Source: Actinomycetota bacterium (lineage in GTDB: Bacteria > Actinomycetota > UBA4738 > HRBIN12). Taken from it: a stretch of 39,656 nucleotides of DNA. The stretch is taken from NCBI GenBank assembly GCA_036554665.1, contig DATBMU010000035.1, positions 1-39,656 on the forward strand. Direction: 5' to 3'. Under the pieces are notes generated by a model, which saw nothing but the letters and a program-made list of their open reading frames with translations, made no database searches and was not told where the DNA came from. Positions 8,523 to 17,200 of the stretch are shown here, one piece after another. How positions within the stretch are numbered: position 1 is the stretch's first letter; every line of letters begins with the position of its first letter. The translations under genes and the position numbers were made by a program.

Positions 8523-10031
8523 ATGACCCCCTCCACGCGCTCGCCCGCGCTCGCTCTCGGCGCCTCCGTCGCGTCCTTCGTGTTCTTCGCGACGGTGGCC
8601 GCGGCACCGGGCTCGCCGTTCACGCCCGTCCACCCGCCCTCGGCCGAGGCCGGTGGCCCGTTCCGGTGGCTCGCCGAGCTCGTGGGGCTCGACGCGGTGC
8701 AGGGCAGCGCCCTGGCGGCGGTCGGCGTCGCCGCGGCCTGCCTCGCGGCGGCCGCGTTCGTGCTGGTGGTGCGGGAGGCGTGGCTGGGCTCGATCGCACC
8801 GCGGACCGTGCTCTGGCTCGCGGTCGCCTACCACGTCGTCCTCCTGTTCCTGCCGCTGCTGTTCTCGCGCGACGTCTACTCGTACGCGTACTACGGCAGG
8901 ATCGCGAGCGTGTACCACGCGAACCCGTACGTCGCCACGCCGGCCGACTTCCCGCAGGACGCCCTCGCGGCGTACGTCGGCCCGAAGTGGGTCGACACCG
9001 CCGCGGTCTACGGTCCGCTCTGGACGCAGATCTCTGCCCTCGTGACCCGCCTGGTCGACGGGGTCACCGCGTCGATCGTCGCCTTCCGGGTGATCGCCGT
9101 CACGGCGAGCCTGGCCACGATCGCGGTCGTCGCCCGGCTCGTCCGTCGGCAGCGGCCCGAGCGCGAGGCGTTCGCGATCGCGGTCATCGGCCTGAACCCG
9201 GTGGTCCTGTTCCAGAGCGTGGCGAGCGGGCACAACGACCTGCTGGTCGCGCTCTCCGTGGCCGCGGCGGTCGCGCTCGTCTTCGCGAGGCGCGACCTGC
9301 TCGCGACGGCCGTGCTCGCGCTGGGGATGCTCGTGAAGGCGACGGTCGCGATCCCGCTCCTCCTGCTGATCGTCGCCGCGGTCGCGGCGCGGCCGAAGGG
9401 CGAGCGCTGGCGGGCCCTGTCCCGGCACGCCGCGGTCGCCGGCGGCCTCGTGGTCGTCGCGGCGCTGCCGTTCCTGAACGCGAGCGACCCGACGCTCGGC
9501 ATCGTGGAGCTCTCGACCCACGAAGGGTGGCTCGCACCCTCGCGGTTCTTCCGGCGGATCTTCGACGCGGTCTCGGGCGACCTGCTGGGCATCGTCCCTC
9601 GGATCGTGTTCCCGCTGATCCTGCTCGCCGCCCTCTACCTGATCGCGCGCGAGCTCGTGCGGCGAGCCCCGGCCACGCCGTGGCTCGGCGGAGCCGCATG
9701 GGGATGGGGGCTGCTATGCCTGCTGCTGCTCGGCCCCGTGCTGCTGCCCTGGTACGTCACGTGGGCGCTCCCGCTCGCGTGGCTGCTGCCGCAGTTCCCG
9801 CGCGCCATGCTCCTCGGAGCGAGCGTCGCGCTGACGGTGTCGCAGTGGACGTCGGAACGGGCGGGGTTCACGACCGCGTACGACGCGAACATCCTGTTCG
9901 GGCACTACGTGCTCACGCCGCTCCTGATCGCGATGGCGTGGCTACTGGTCGACCTGTGGCGTCGGACGCACGGGGGCGAACCGCTCGAGGACGCGCCAGG
10001 CGACGTAGCCGCCACCGCCGGCGGCCGCTGA
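8523..10031 (+). CDS. Polytopic GT-C glycosyltransferase, DUF2029/GT87-like (PimE/MptB-type, polyprenyl-phosphate-mannose dependent)
   Basis: ATG 8523 is in frame with track ORF 7590..10031. More than 10 TM helices. First-loop motif FSRDVYSYAYYGR, then NPYVATP and YGPLW, typical of mycobacterial MptB/PimE-type enzymes. Confidence 0.6.
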   Translation: MTPSTRSPALALGASVASFVFFATVAAAPGSPFTPVHPPSAEAGGPFRWLAELVGLDAVQGSALAAVGVAAACLAAAAFVLVVREAWLGSIAPRTVLWLAVAYHVVLLFLPLLFSRDVYSYAYYGRIASVYHANPYVATPADFPQDALAAYVGPKWVDTAAVYGPLWTQISALVTRLVDGVTASIVAFRVIAVTASLATIAVVARLVRRQRPEREAFAIAVIGLNPVVLFQSVASGHNDLLVALSVAAAVALVFARRDLLATAVLALGMLVKATVAIPLLLLIVAAVAARPKGERWRALSRHAAVAGGLVVVAALPFLNASDPTLGIVELSTHEGWLAPSRFFRRIFDAVSGDLLGIVPRIVFPLILLAALYLIARELVRRAPATPWLGGAAWGWGLLCLLLLGPVLLPWYVTWALPLAWLLPQFPRAMLLGASVALTVSQWTSERAGFTTAYDANILFGHYVLTPLLIAMAWLLVDLWRRTHGGEPLEDAPGDVAATAGGR

Positions 10032-11663
10032 CACGACCCACGCGCCGGGGGTCGTCCCGATCGCGAGGCCGAGGCGCTCGAGGGCGATCGCGACCAGGAC
10101 GAGCGCGGCGGCCCCGAGCGCCGGAGCGACGGCCGCGGCGGCGACCGCGTCGGGGACCGCGATCCGGGCCCACCCGTAGCCGACGGCGGCGAGGAGCGCC
10201 AGCGCCAGCACGCTCGAGACCCCGATCGCGCCGGCCGACGAGGGCTCGAGCGGATCCGTCTGCCCGAGGAGGTCCTTCACCGGTGACGAGGGGTCGATCG
10301 CGACGGCGTCCGCCGGCCGGTCGACCGGATCGAACGGCACGAGGACGAACCGCACCGCAGGTGTCCCCGAGACCGTCTCCGCACGGCGGAGATCGCTCGC
10401 GGTGAGCTCCTCGAGCGCCCGGCGTTCCGCGCTCGCCGGTCCGTCGCCCGCAGCAGGGACGACGACGACCACGTCGCGGATCCGATCGGCGGGCACGCCC
10501 GCGCGGATCACGTTCCCGGCGCGCGTCGCCAGGAAGCTGACGGTCCGGTCGGGGTCGTTCACGAGGAACGCCAGGGGCGTGGCCAGCTCGACCTCCGCCA
10601 CCGCCTCGCCCGCGATCGTCACCGCGCGCACCTCGTCCACGGACAGGAACGGCTCCTGTCGGTTCCACGCGATGAACGAACCGGCGAGCATCGCGAGCAC
10701 GGCCCCGGCCGCCACGGCGAGCGCGAGGGCCCGACGTCGCCCCAGCCACCTCGAGACGCGGACGACCCCGAGCGCCGCGAGGATCGGGACGACGAAGCCG
10801 AACGTGACGACGCGGTCGGCCGGGAACCATCCGGTCAGGAGCCCGATCGCCACGCCGGCCACGAGCGCGACGCCCCACGCGCGCAGGAACCGGCCGACGA
10901 ACCCGTCCGCCTCGCCGATCCCGACGACCGCGAGCGGCACCGAGACCCACTGCACGTAGCGCGTCCAGCGGTGCACGAAGCGATCGAGGTAGGAGGCGCG
11001 CAGCTCCGCCGTCAGCCCGGCGCGGCGCAGGAACGCGTCGCGCGACGTGTCGACGTCGAGCGGCGCCGGCCCGGCGAGCAGGGCCACGAGGCCGATCCCG
11101 ACGACCGAGCCCCCTCCCGCCACGGCCGCGGCGACCCGCGTGGCCTCGTCGCGGTGGCGGCGCCACGCGCTCGCCGCGGTCAACAGGAGGACGACGGCGC
11201 TCAGGAGGAAGAAGAGCGGATGGGCGAGGCCGCCGGCCGCGAGGGCGCCCGCGGCGACCCACGCCCCGCGCCGGGTCCCGCCGGCGAGCGCGACGGCCGC
11301 CGCCAGGAACGCCGTGATCTCGAGCAGGTTCGCCAGGTACCCCGCGGCGAGGTGGACGGCGAACGTGCCCGCGAGCGCGCCGGCGAGCACCCATCCCGCC
11401 GTCGTCGTGCGACCCCGCAGGAGCGCCGCGGACGCGAGGCCCACCGCGACCCCGAGCGAGATCTCCAGGGCCGCCACCGCCGCGACCACGGAGACCCTGA
11501 GCGTGCCCTGCAGCACGAGCGCGAGCGCCGGCGCGCCGGCCCGGCCGCCGACGGCCGACAGCCCCTCCGCACCCGCGATGCGCGTCCACCACAGGTAGAC
11601 GGGGGCGTCGGGCCCGAGGGGGAACGCGGCGCCCTGCGCGACGAAGGGCCACAGGAGCCACAC
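9942..11663 (-). CDS. Polytopic membrane protein with a central soluble domain (possible GT-C-like)
   Basis: 573-aa track ORF (GTG 11663). About 9 N-terminal TM helices, a roughly 130-aa soluble segment, and 2 C-terminal TM helices. GPDAPVYLWW lies in the first loop. The hydrophobic helix continues upstream of the GTG, so the true start may be CTG 11727-11729 (see findings). Confidence 0.55.
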   Translation of the reverse strand: MWLLWPFVAQGAAFPLGPDAPVYLWWTRIAGAEGLSAVGGRAGAPALALVLQGTLRVSVVAAVAALEISLGVAVGLASAALLRGRTTTAGWVLAGALAGTFAVHLAAGYLANLLEITAFLAAAVALAGGTRRGAWVAAGALAAGGLAHPLFFLLSAVVLLLTAASAWRRHRDEATRVAAAVAGGGSVVGIGLVALLAGPAPLDVDTSRDAFLRRAGLTAELRASYLDRFVHRWTRYVQWVSVPLAVVGIGEADGFVGRFLRAWGVALVAGVAIGLLTGWFPADRVVTFGFVVPILAALGVVRVSRWLGRRRALALAVAAGAVLAMLAGSFIAWNRQEPFLSVDEVRAVTIAGEAVAEVELATPLAFLVNDPDRTVSFLATRAGNVIRAGVPADRIRDVVVVVPAAGDGPASAERRALEELTASDLRRAETVSGTPAVRFVLVPFDPVDRPADAVAIDPSSPVKDLLGQTDPLEPSSAGAIGVSSVLALALLAAVGYGWARIAVPDAVAAAAVAPALGAAALVLVAIALERLGLAIGTTPGAWVVSAAAGGGGYVAWRVLERFAPVRPTPQVDQ

Positions 11664-11733
11664 CCCCAGGCCGACCGTGAGGGCGGCGAGGGGGAGCCAG
11701 CCGGAGCGCGCCGGGGCTCCCGAACGCAGCGTC

Positions 11734-12354
11734 CTAGACCTCGGCGTCGAACGAGCCCGAGGCGTCGACCACCTGACCCGTCGGGTCGGTGAGGTCGGAG
11801 CACTCGAACGTGCCCGCGAGCCCCTCCTCCGTCGCCGAGTCGATCGTGATCTCGCACTCGCCGTTGCGTGACTGGAAGGCGCCCACCGCGCCGGAGGTCT
11901 GGAGCACGATCGTCAGCGTCAGGCTCGACGAGGTCGGCATCGTCCCGACGAAGGTCGTCCCGCCCAGGCTCAGCGTGGTGGCGCTGCCCTCGCCCGCCGT
12001 CCAGGTGAGCGCGAGCGTGCCGGGGGGAGGCTCGTACACGCTCGTCACCAGCTCGCTGATCGTCCTTCGCACCCGGATGTCCCCGGTCGTGCGGATCGTG
12101 ACGGTCCCGCTCGAGACGGAGCCGAGCCCCGAACCCGTAGGCGCGGTGGCGCCCGTGGCGCCGGTGGCGCCCGTCGACGTCGAGCCCGTGGCGCCGGTGG
12201 CGCCTGTACCTTCGGTCGGGCCCGTGGGCTCACCGGTCGTCCCCGACGGGAACGCCGACGAGGGCGACGGGCTCACCTCGTCGTCGCCGGAGCACGCGAC
12301 CGCGAGCGCGGCGATCGCGAGGAGGGCGAGCGAGATCCGAACCGTCCTGGTCAT
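11734..12354 (-). CDS. Secreted lipoprotein with a GAT-repeat linker
   Basis: ATG 12354 with GGAGG 3 nt upstream. Signal peptide and lipobox LAIAALAVAC. Gly/Thr/Ala repeat GATGATGSTSTGATGATGAT. Two Cys in the C-terminal beta-rich part. The track ORF 11734..13992 is over-extended. Confidence 0.7.
   Translation of the reverse strand: MTRTVRISLALLAIAALAVACSGDDEVSPSPSSAFPSGTTGEPTGPTEGTGATGATGSTSTGATGATGATAPTGSGLGSVSSGTVTIRTTGDIRVRRTISELVTSVYEPPPGTLALTWTAGEGSATTLSLGGTTFVGTMPTSSSLTLTIVLQTSGAVGAFQSRNGECEITIDSATEEGLAGTFECSDLTDPTGQVVDASGSFDAEV
12145..12204. repeat. In-frame 9-bp tandem repeats inside the lipoprotein gene
   Basis: (G/C)GTGGCGCC three times (12145-12171), a 15-bp spacer, then twice more (12187-12204). 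Encodes the (GAT)n stretch on the minus strand. Confidence 0.8.
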
Positions 12355-12381
12355 GAGCCTCCGGCCGGCGAACCTACCAAA

Positions 12382-12402
12382 CGTGCCCCGGTTCGGGGCA
12401 CG
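12382..12402. promoter_or_regulatory. Perfect 9-bp palindrome (3-nt spacer) in the divergent lipoprotein/tldD promoter region
   Basis: CGTGCCCCG gtt CGGGGCACG. Both flanking genes read away from it, so it is not a terminator. Candidate operator. Confidence 0.45.
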
Positions 12403-12407
12403 CCCGG

Positions 12408-12450
12408 GGCGTCGCCCGACGGCGTCGCCCGACGGCGTCGCCCGACGGCG
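12408..12450. repeat. Perfect 13-bp tandem repeat, 3 full copies plus 4 nt
   Basis: GGCGTCGCCCGAC at 12408-12420, 12421-12433 and 12434-12446, then GGCG. Non-coding position just upstream of the tldD SD (GGGAGG 12455-12460). Confidence 0.9.
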
Positions 12451-12459
12451 GACCGGGAG

Positions 12460-13869
12460 GTGCCCGCTGCTAGCATCGCCCGCATGCTCGACCGCGACCT
12501 CGTCGAGGAGGTCCTGCGAGCCGCCCGCGTCCGAGGTGGCTCGTTCGCGGAGTTGTTCGTCGAGGAGCGGATCGGGGTCTCCGTCCGGCTCGACGACGGG
12601 AGGATCGAGGAGCTCACGACCGGGACCGACCGGGGCGCCGGCGTCCGGGTCGGCCACGGGACGTCGTTCGGCTACGCGTACTCGAACCGGCTCGATCGCG
12701 ACTCGCTGCTCCTCGCGGCCGAGGCGGCGGCCGCCTCGGTGACCGGTGACGGGCCCGGGGGCGTGGTGGACCTCCGCTCGCTCGAGCCCACCGTGGTGCA
12801 CGAGGCGATGCGGGACGCGGCCTCGGCGAGCGCGCAGGACAAGGTCGGCTGGACGCGCGAGGCCGACGACGCCGCCCGGTCCTTCAGCCCCGAGGTGCGC
12901 CAGGTGACGGCGGTGTACGCGGACTCGATGCAGCGCCTGCTCGTCGCGGCGTCCGACGGACGCTGGGTGGAGGAGGTCCGGCCGCGCGTGCGTCTCGTCG
13001 TGAGCGTCGTCGCGGCCCGCGACGGGGCGATCCAGACCGGGTTCCACGGCCCGGCGGGGCTCGCTGGGCTCGAGCTCCTCGACGCGAACCCGCCGGCGGC
13101 GACGGCCGAGGTCGCGGCGAGGCGCGCCGTGACGATGCTCGACGCCCGCCCGGCGCCGGCGGGGGAGATGGCCGCGGTGCTCGCTCCCGGGATGGGGGGC
13201 GTCCTGTTCCACGAGGCGGTCGGCCACCCGCTCGAGGCCGACATCGTGGACAAGGAGGCGAGCGTGTACCGGGGACGGGTCGGCGAGCGGCTCGCCTCGG
13301 AGATCCTGAACGGCGTCGACGACGCCACCGTCCCGAACGCGTGGGGCTCGTGCTCGTTCGACGACGAGGGGGCGCCGGCGCAGCGGACGGTGGTGTTCGA
13401 GGAGGGCGTCCTGCGCGGGTGGCTCTACGACCGGTTGCGTGCGGAGAAGGACGGTGTGCCCTCGACCGGCAACGGCCGGCGCCAGTCCTACGCGCATCCC
13501 CCGATCCCGCGCATGACCAACACCTACATCCTGCCCGGCGGGTCCCGGCCCGACGACTTGATCCGGTCGACCGATCGCGGGGTGTTCGTCACGGCGCTCG
13601 CCGGGGGGCAGACGAACCCCGCGACCGGGGACTTCGTCTTCGGGTGCTCCGAGGCGTTCCTGATCGAGCGCGGGGAGGTGACGGCGCCCGTCCGCGGCGC
13701 CAACCTGATCGGCCGCGCGATCGAGGTGATGTCCAACGTCGACGGCATCGCCGACGACTTCGACATCTGGCCGGGCGTGTGCGGGAAGGACGGCCAGGGG
13801 GTCCCCGTCGGTAGCGGCTCGCCGACGCTGCGGATCTCCCGGATCACCGTGGGGGGCACGGGTGCCTGA
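12460..13869 (+). CDS. tldD: Metalloprotease TldD
   Basis: 469 aa. GSFAELFVEE, GAGVRV, and the HExxxH zinc motif in FHEAVGHPLEAD. C-terminal GxC and PTLRI. Start is uncertain (GTG 12460 or ATG 12484). Confidence 0.85.
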   Translation: MPAASIARMLDRDLVEEVLRAARVRGGSFAELFVEERIGVSVRLDDGRIEELTTGTDRGAGVRVGHGTSFGYAYSNRLDRDSLLLAAEAAAASVTGDGPGGVVDLRSLEPTVVHEAMRDAASASAQDKVGWTREADDAARSFSPEVRQVTAVYADSMQRLLVAASDGRWVEEVRPRVRLVVSVVAARDGAIQTGFHGPAGLAGLELLDANPPAATAEVAARRAVTMLDARPAPAGEMAAVLAPGMGGVLFHEAVGHPLEADIVDKEASVYRGRVGERLASEILNGVDDATVPNAWGSCSFDDEGAPAQRTVVFEEGVLRGWLYDRLRAEKDGVPSTGNGRRQSYAHPPIPRMTNTYILPGGSRPDDLIRSTDRGVFVTALAGGQTNPATGDFVFGCSEAFLIERGEVTAPVRGANLIGRAIEVMSNVDGIADDFDIWPGVCGKDGQGVPVGSGSPTLRISRITVGGTGA

Positions 13870-15199
13870 CCTGGAGGACCTCGTCTCGGCCGCGATCGCG
13901 GGCGCTCGGGACGGCGAGTCGGTCGAGGCCTTCGCGGAGGAGTCGCGACACACGGAGGTGGAGGCGCGGCTCGGCGAGGTCGAGGGCCTCACGTCCGCCG
14001 AGAGCCGAGGCCTCGGCGTGCGTGTGATCGCGGGCGGCAGGCTCGGGTTCGCCTACGCCGCCGACCCGTCCTCCGAGGAGGTCCACCGGACGGTGGAACG
14101 CGCGCGGGAGAACGCCGCGCTCGCGACCGAGGACGAGCACAACGTCCTACCCGACGCGGCCACCTACGAGCCGATCGACGGGCTGTACTTCGACGAGCAG
14201 GCGTCGATGCCGCCTGGGGACAAGGTCGCGCTCGCGCTCGACCTCGAGCGCGTCGCGATCTCGACCGACCCGCGCGTTCGGAAGGTGGAGGCCTGCTCGT
14301 TCGGCGACGCGGTCGGCCGTGTCGTGATCGCGTCGTCGTCCGGCGTGCGGGCGGAGTTCGAGCGGACCGGATGCTGGTGCGTCGCGGTCACGCTCGCCGA
14401 GCAGGACGGAGATACGCAGACCGGCTTCTCGTTCCAGGTCGGGCACCGCGTCGCCGACCTCGATCCGGACGCGGTCGCCCGCGAGGCCGCCGATCGCGCC
14501 GCGCGGATGCTCGGCGCGACCAAGCCCGAGACGCGGAGGGTCCCGGTGCTGCTCGATCCCTTCGCGGCGTCCTCCTTCCTCGGCGTGCTCGCCGGCGCGC
14601 TCTCGGCCGAGGCCGTGCAGAAGGGACGCTCGCTCTTCGCCGACCTCGTGGGCGAGACGGTCGGGGCGGAGGCCTTCACGCTCGTCGACGACGGGCGGCT
14701 GCTCGCCGGCCCGGCGGCCTCCCCGTTCGACGACGAGGGGGTGCCGACCGGGCGGACCGAGGTGATCACGCGGGGCGTCCTCGGAGGGTTCCTCCACAAC
14801 ACGTACACGGCCCGCCGCGGCGGGACGGCCTCCACCGGCAACGCGAGCCGCGCCGGCTACCGCTCCACGCCGGGGGTCGGGACCACGAACCTGTTCGTCG
14901 AGCCGGGTACGCAGCCGCTCGAGGAGCTGCTCCGGGCGGCGGAGGGCGGCGTCGTGATCCAGGACGTCTCGGGCGTCCACTCGGGCGCGAACCCGATCAG
15001 CGGCGAGTTCTCCGTGGGCGCGACCGGCCTGCGGATCTCCGGCGGCGCGCTCGGCGAGCCCGTGCGCGAGATGACGATCGCGAGCACCGTTCCCGAGATG
15101 CTCCGCTCGATCACCGCGGTCGGGAGCGACCTCCGGTTCTTCTCCTCGGTCGGAACGCCGTCGATCCTGATCGGCGAGATGACCCTCGCCGGCGTCTGA
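13862..15199 (+). CDS. pmbA: TldD partner protein PmbA/TldE
   Basis: GTG 13862 overlaps the tldD stop by 8 nt. Same fold signature (GLGVRVIAGGRLGFAY, GVHSGANPISGEFS) but lacks HExxxH. Confidence 0.8.
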   Translation: MPDLEDLVSAAIAGARDGESVEAFAEESRHTEVEARLGEVEGLTSAESRGLGVRVIAGGRLGFAYAADPSSEEVHRTVERARENAALATEDEHNVLPDAATYEPIDGLYFDEQASMPPGDKVALALDLERVAISTDPRVRKVEACSFGDAVGRVVIASSSGVRAEFERTGCWCVAVTLAEQDGDTQTGFSFQVGHRVADLDPDAVAREAADRAARMLGATKPETRRVPVLLDPFAASSFLGVLAGALSAEAVQKGRSLFADLVGETVGAEAFTLVDDGRLLAGPAASPFDDEGVPTGRTEVITRGVLGGFLHNTYTARRGGTASTGNASRAGYRSTPGVGTTNLFVEPGTQPLEELLRAAEGGVVIQDVSGVHSGANPISGEFSVGATGLRISGGALGEPVREMTIASTVPEMLRSITAVGSDLRFFSSVGTPSILIGEMTLAGV

Positions 15200-15211
15200 G
15201 CGGCGCCGGGG

Positions 15212-16429
15212 TCACCGTTCGGCGACGCCGGGCAGGAAGATCGCGAACCGCGATCCCCGCGAGAGCTCGCTCTCGGCGGAGATGCGCCCGCCGAGCGCCT
15301 CCACGATGCGCTTGGCGAGCGCGAGCCCCAGCCCGGCACCCGCGCCGTGCCGGGACGGATCGGATCGGTAGAAGACGTCGAACACGTGATCCAGGTCCTC
15401 CGGGGCGATGCCCTCGCCGGTGTCGGCGACGGCCACCTCGAGCCCCGTCGCCGACCGCCGTGCCTCGACGCGCACGCTCCCGTCGGCCGGCGTGTGCCGA
15501 ACCGCGTTGACGAGCAGGTTCTGCAGCACCCGGACGAGGCGGGGCGAGCACGGCGCATCGTCGGCCCCGTTCAACCGCGTGACGAGCTCGAGGCGCTTCG
15601 TTTCGGCCTGGAGCCGGACGGTGGCGACCGCCGAGTCGACGAGCTCGCCGAGACGCGCGCGCTCGGACTCGGCCTCGATCGCTCCGGCGTCCAGCTGCAC
15701 GAGCTCGAAGAGGTCGTCGACCATCCCGACGAGCTGGTTCACCGAGCGGCGCATCTCACCGGCGTACCGGCGCATCGTCGGCGGGTCGTCGACGATGCCG
15801 TCGTCCACAGCCTCGACCATCGCGCGCACGCTCGCGAGCGGCGTCCGCAGATCGTGCGAGACGGCGCTGATCAGGTCCCGGCGGGTCGACTCGGCGTCGC
15901 GTTCCCTGCGCTGCGCCTCCTGGAGCCGGGACGCCATCTCGTCGAGCGTCCGAGCGAGCGTGTCGAGCTCGGGCCCCGCGTCGAGCGCACCGGTGCGCGC
16001 CTCGAGGTCTCCCTCGCCCAGCGCTCGCGCCGTGGCGGTCAACCGTCCGAGCGCTCTCGTCGACGTCCGCGCGGTGACGAGCGCGGCGCCGACCCCGGCG
16101 CCCAGCGAGTAGAGCAGCAGCACGCCGAGCAGCGTCGCATCGTGCTCGCTCACGAACATCTGCCGGGAGAGCACCCACAGGTTCGCCAACGCGATGGCCG
16201 TGCCGACCGCGCCGACCGCGACGAACCGCTGGGCGAGCGTGGCGCGCGCGAGCCACCGGCCGGCGAGGGCCATCGCGGCCACCGTCACCAGCAGCGCCGG
16301 GACGACGAACGCGGCGAGGTCGCCCAGCTCGCCGCCGTCCATGCCGGTGGCCGCGCCGACGACGAACGTGCCGGCGGCGCCGACCGCGGCCGCGGCGGCC
16401 AGGAGCAGGAGCGTGCGCCAGATCGTCAT
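15212..16429 (-). CDS. Sensor histidine kinase, membrane-embedded sensor with HAMP
   Basis: Start ATG 16429 overlaps the regulator stop (ATGA). About 4-5 TM helices with minimal loops. H-box SHDLRTPL, N-box LLVNAVRHTP, G1 VADTGEGI, G2 GAGLGLALAK. Confidence 0.85.
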   Translation of the reverse strand: MTIWRTLLLLAAAAAVGAAGTFVVGAATGMDGGELGDLAAFVVPALLVTVAAMALAGRWLARATLAQRFVAVGAVGTAIALANLWVLSRQMFVSEHDATLLGVLLLYSLGAGVGAALVTARTSTRALGRLTATARALGEGDLEARTGALDAGPELDTLARTLDEMASRLQEAQRRERDAESTRRDLISAVSHDLRTPLASVRAMVEAVDDGIVDDPPTMRRYAGEMRRSVNQLVGMVDDLFELVQLDAGAIEAESERARLGELVDSAVATVRLQAETKRLELVTRLNGADDAPCSPRLVRVLQNLLVNAVRHTPADGSVRVEARRSATGLEVAVADTGEGIAPEDLDHVFDVFYRSDPSRHGAGAGLGLALAKRIVEALGGRISAESELSRGSRFAIFLPGVAER

Positions 16430-17121
16430 GGGTCGAACCGGTAGCCGACCCCCCACACCGTGACGAGGTGTCGAGGATCCGACGGAGAGTCCTCGATCTT
16501 CTCGCGGAGCCGTCGCACGTGGACCGTCACCGTCGACGTGTCGCCGTCCCACGCGAAGTCCCAGACCTCCTCGAGGAGCTCCGACCGGGTGAGCGCCCGT
16601 CCCGGGTTCGTCGCGAGCAGGTACAGCAAGTCGAACTCCTTGCGCGTGAGCCGGATCGGCTCGCCGCCACGTCGCAGCTCGCGTCGCGGGCCGTCGATCT
16701 CGAGCTCGCCCGCGACGACGACGCGTCCGGGCGCGGTCGGGACGCGCGAGGACCGACGCAGCACGGCGCGGACGCGCGCGACCACCTCGCGTGGCGAGAA
16801 CGGCTTCGTGATGTAGTCGTCGGCCCCGAGCTCCAGCCCGACGACGCGGTCGGTCTCCTCGCCCTTGGCGGTGAGCATGATGACCGGGGTCGGGGTCCGC
16901 TCCCGGAGGCGGCGGAAGACCTCGAGGCCGTCGATCCTCGGCAGCATCAGGTCGAGGAGCACGAGGTCCGGCATCGTCGAGGCGGAGACCACGAGCGCTC
17001 GCTCGCCGTCCTCGGCGACGTCGACGGCGTACCCCTCCTTCTGCAGGTACCGGGCGAGCACGTCGCGGACCATCGGCTCGTCGTCAACCACGAGCACGCG
17101 GGGAGCGGCCACGGCATCCAT
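16426..17121 (-). CDS. OmpR/PhoB-family response regulator
   Basis: VLVVDDEP, DLVLLDLMLP, MLTAKGEE, and the winged-helix C-terminus TRKEFDLLYLL ... VWGVGYRF. AAGGTG SD upstream of ATG 17121. Confidence 0.9.
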   Translation of the reverse strand: MDAVAAPRVLVVDDEPMVRDVLARYLQKEGYAVDVAEDGERALVVSASTMPDLVLLDLMLPRIDGLEVFRRLRERTPTPVIMLTAKGEETDRVVGLELGADDYITKPFSPREVVARVRAVLRRSSRVPTAPGRVVVAGELEIDGPRRELRRGGEPIRLTRKEFDLLYLLATNPGRALTRSELLEEVWDFAWDGDTSTVTVHVRRLREKIEDSPSDPRHLVTVWGVGYRFDP

Positions 17122-17145
17122 GATGCACCTTGGAGGTTGCGGAAG

Positions 17146-17200
17146 CCTTAACGGGCTCGCCCGGTCGGGGATTCAAGCGTTCCGACGGCAGCCCGTAAGG
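17146..17200. other. Long imperfect hairpin in the divergent regulator / GT2-operon intergenic region
   Basis: Outer arms CCTTA(A)CGGGCT (17146-17157) / AGCCCGTAAGG (17190-17200). Inner arms CCG(G)TCGG (17161-17168) / CCGACGG (17182-17188). About 18 bp in total with two 1-nt bulges. Confidence 0.35.

Noticed and set aside
12408-12450. Tandem 13-mers as a CRISPR-like array
   Set aside because: The units are contiguous with no spacers and are only 13 bp long. No cas genes are present. This is a simple tandem repeat.
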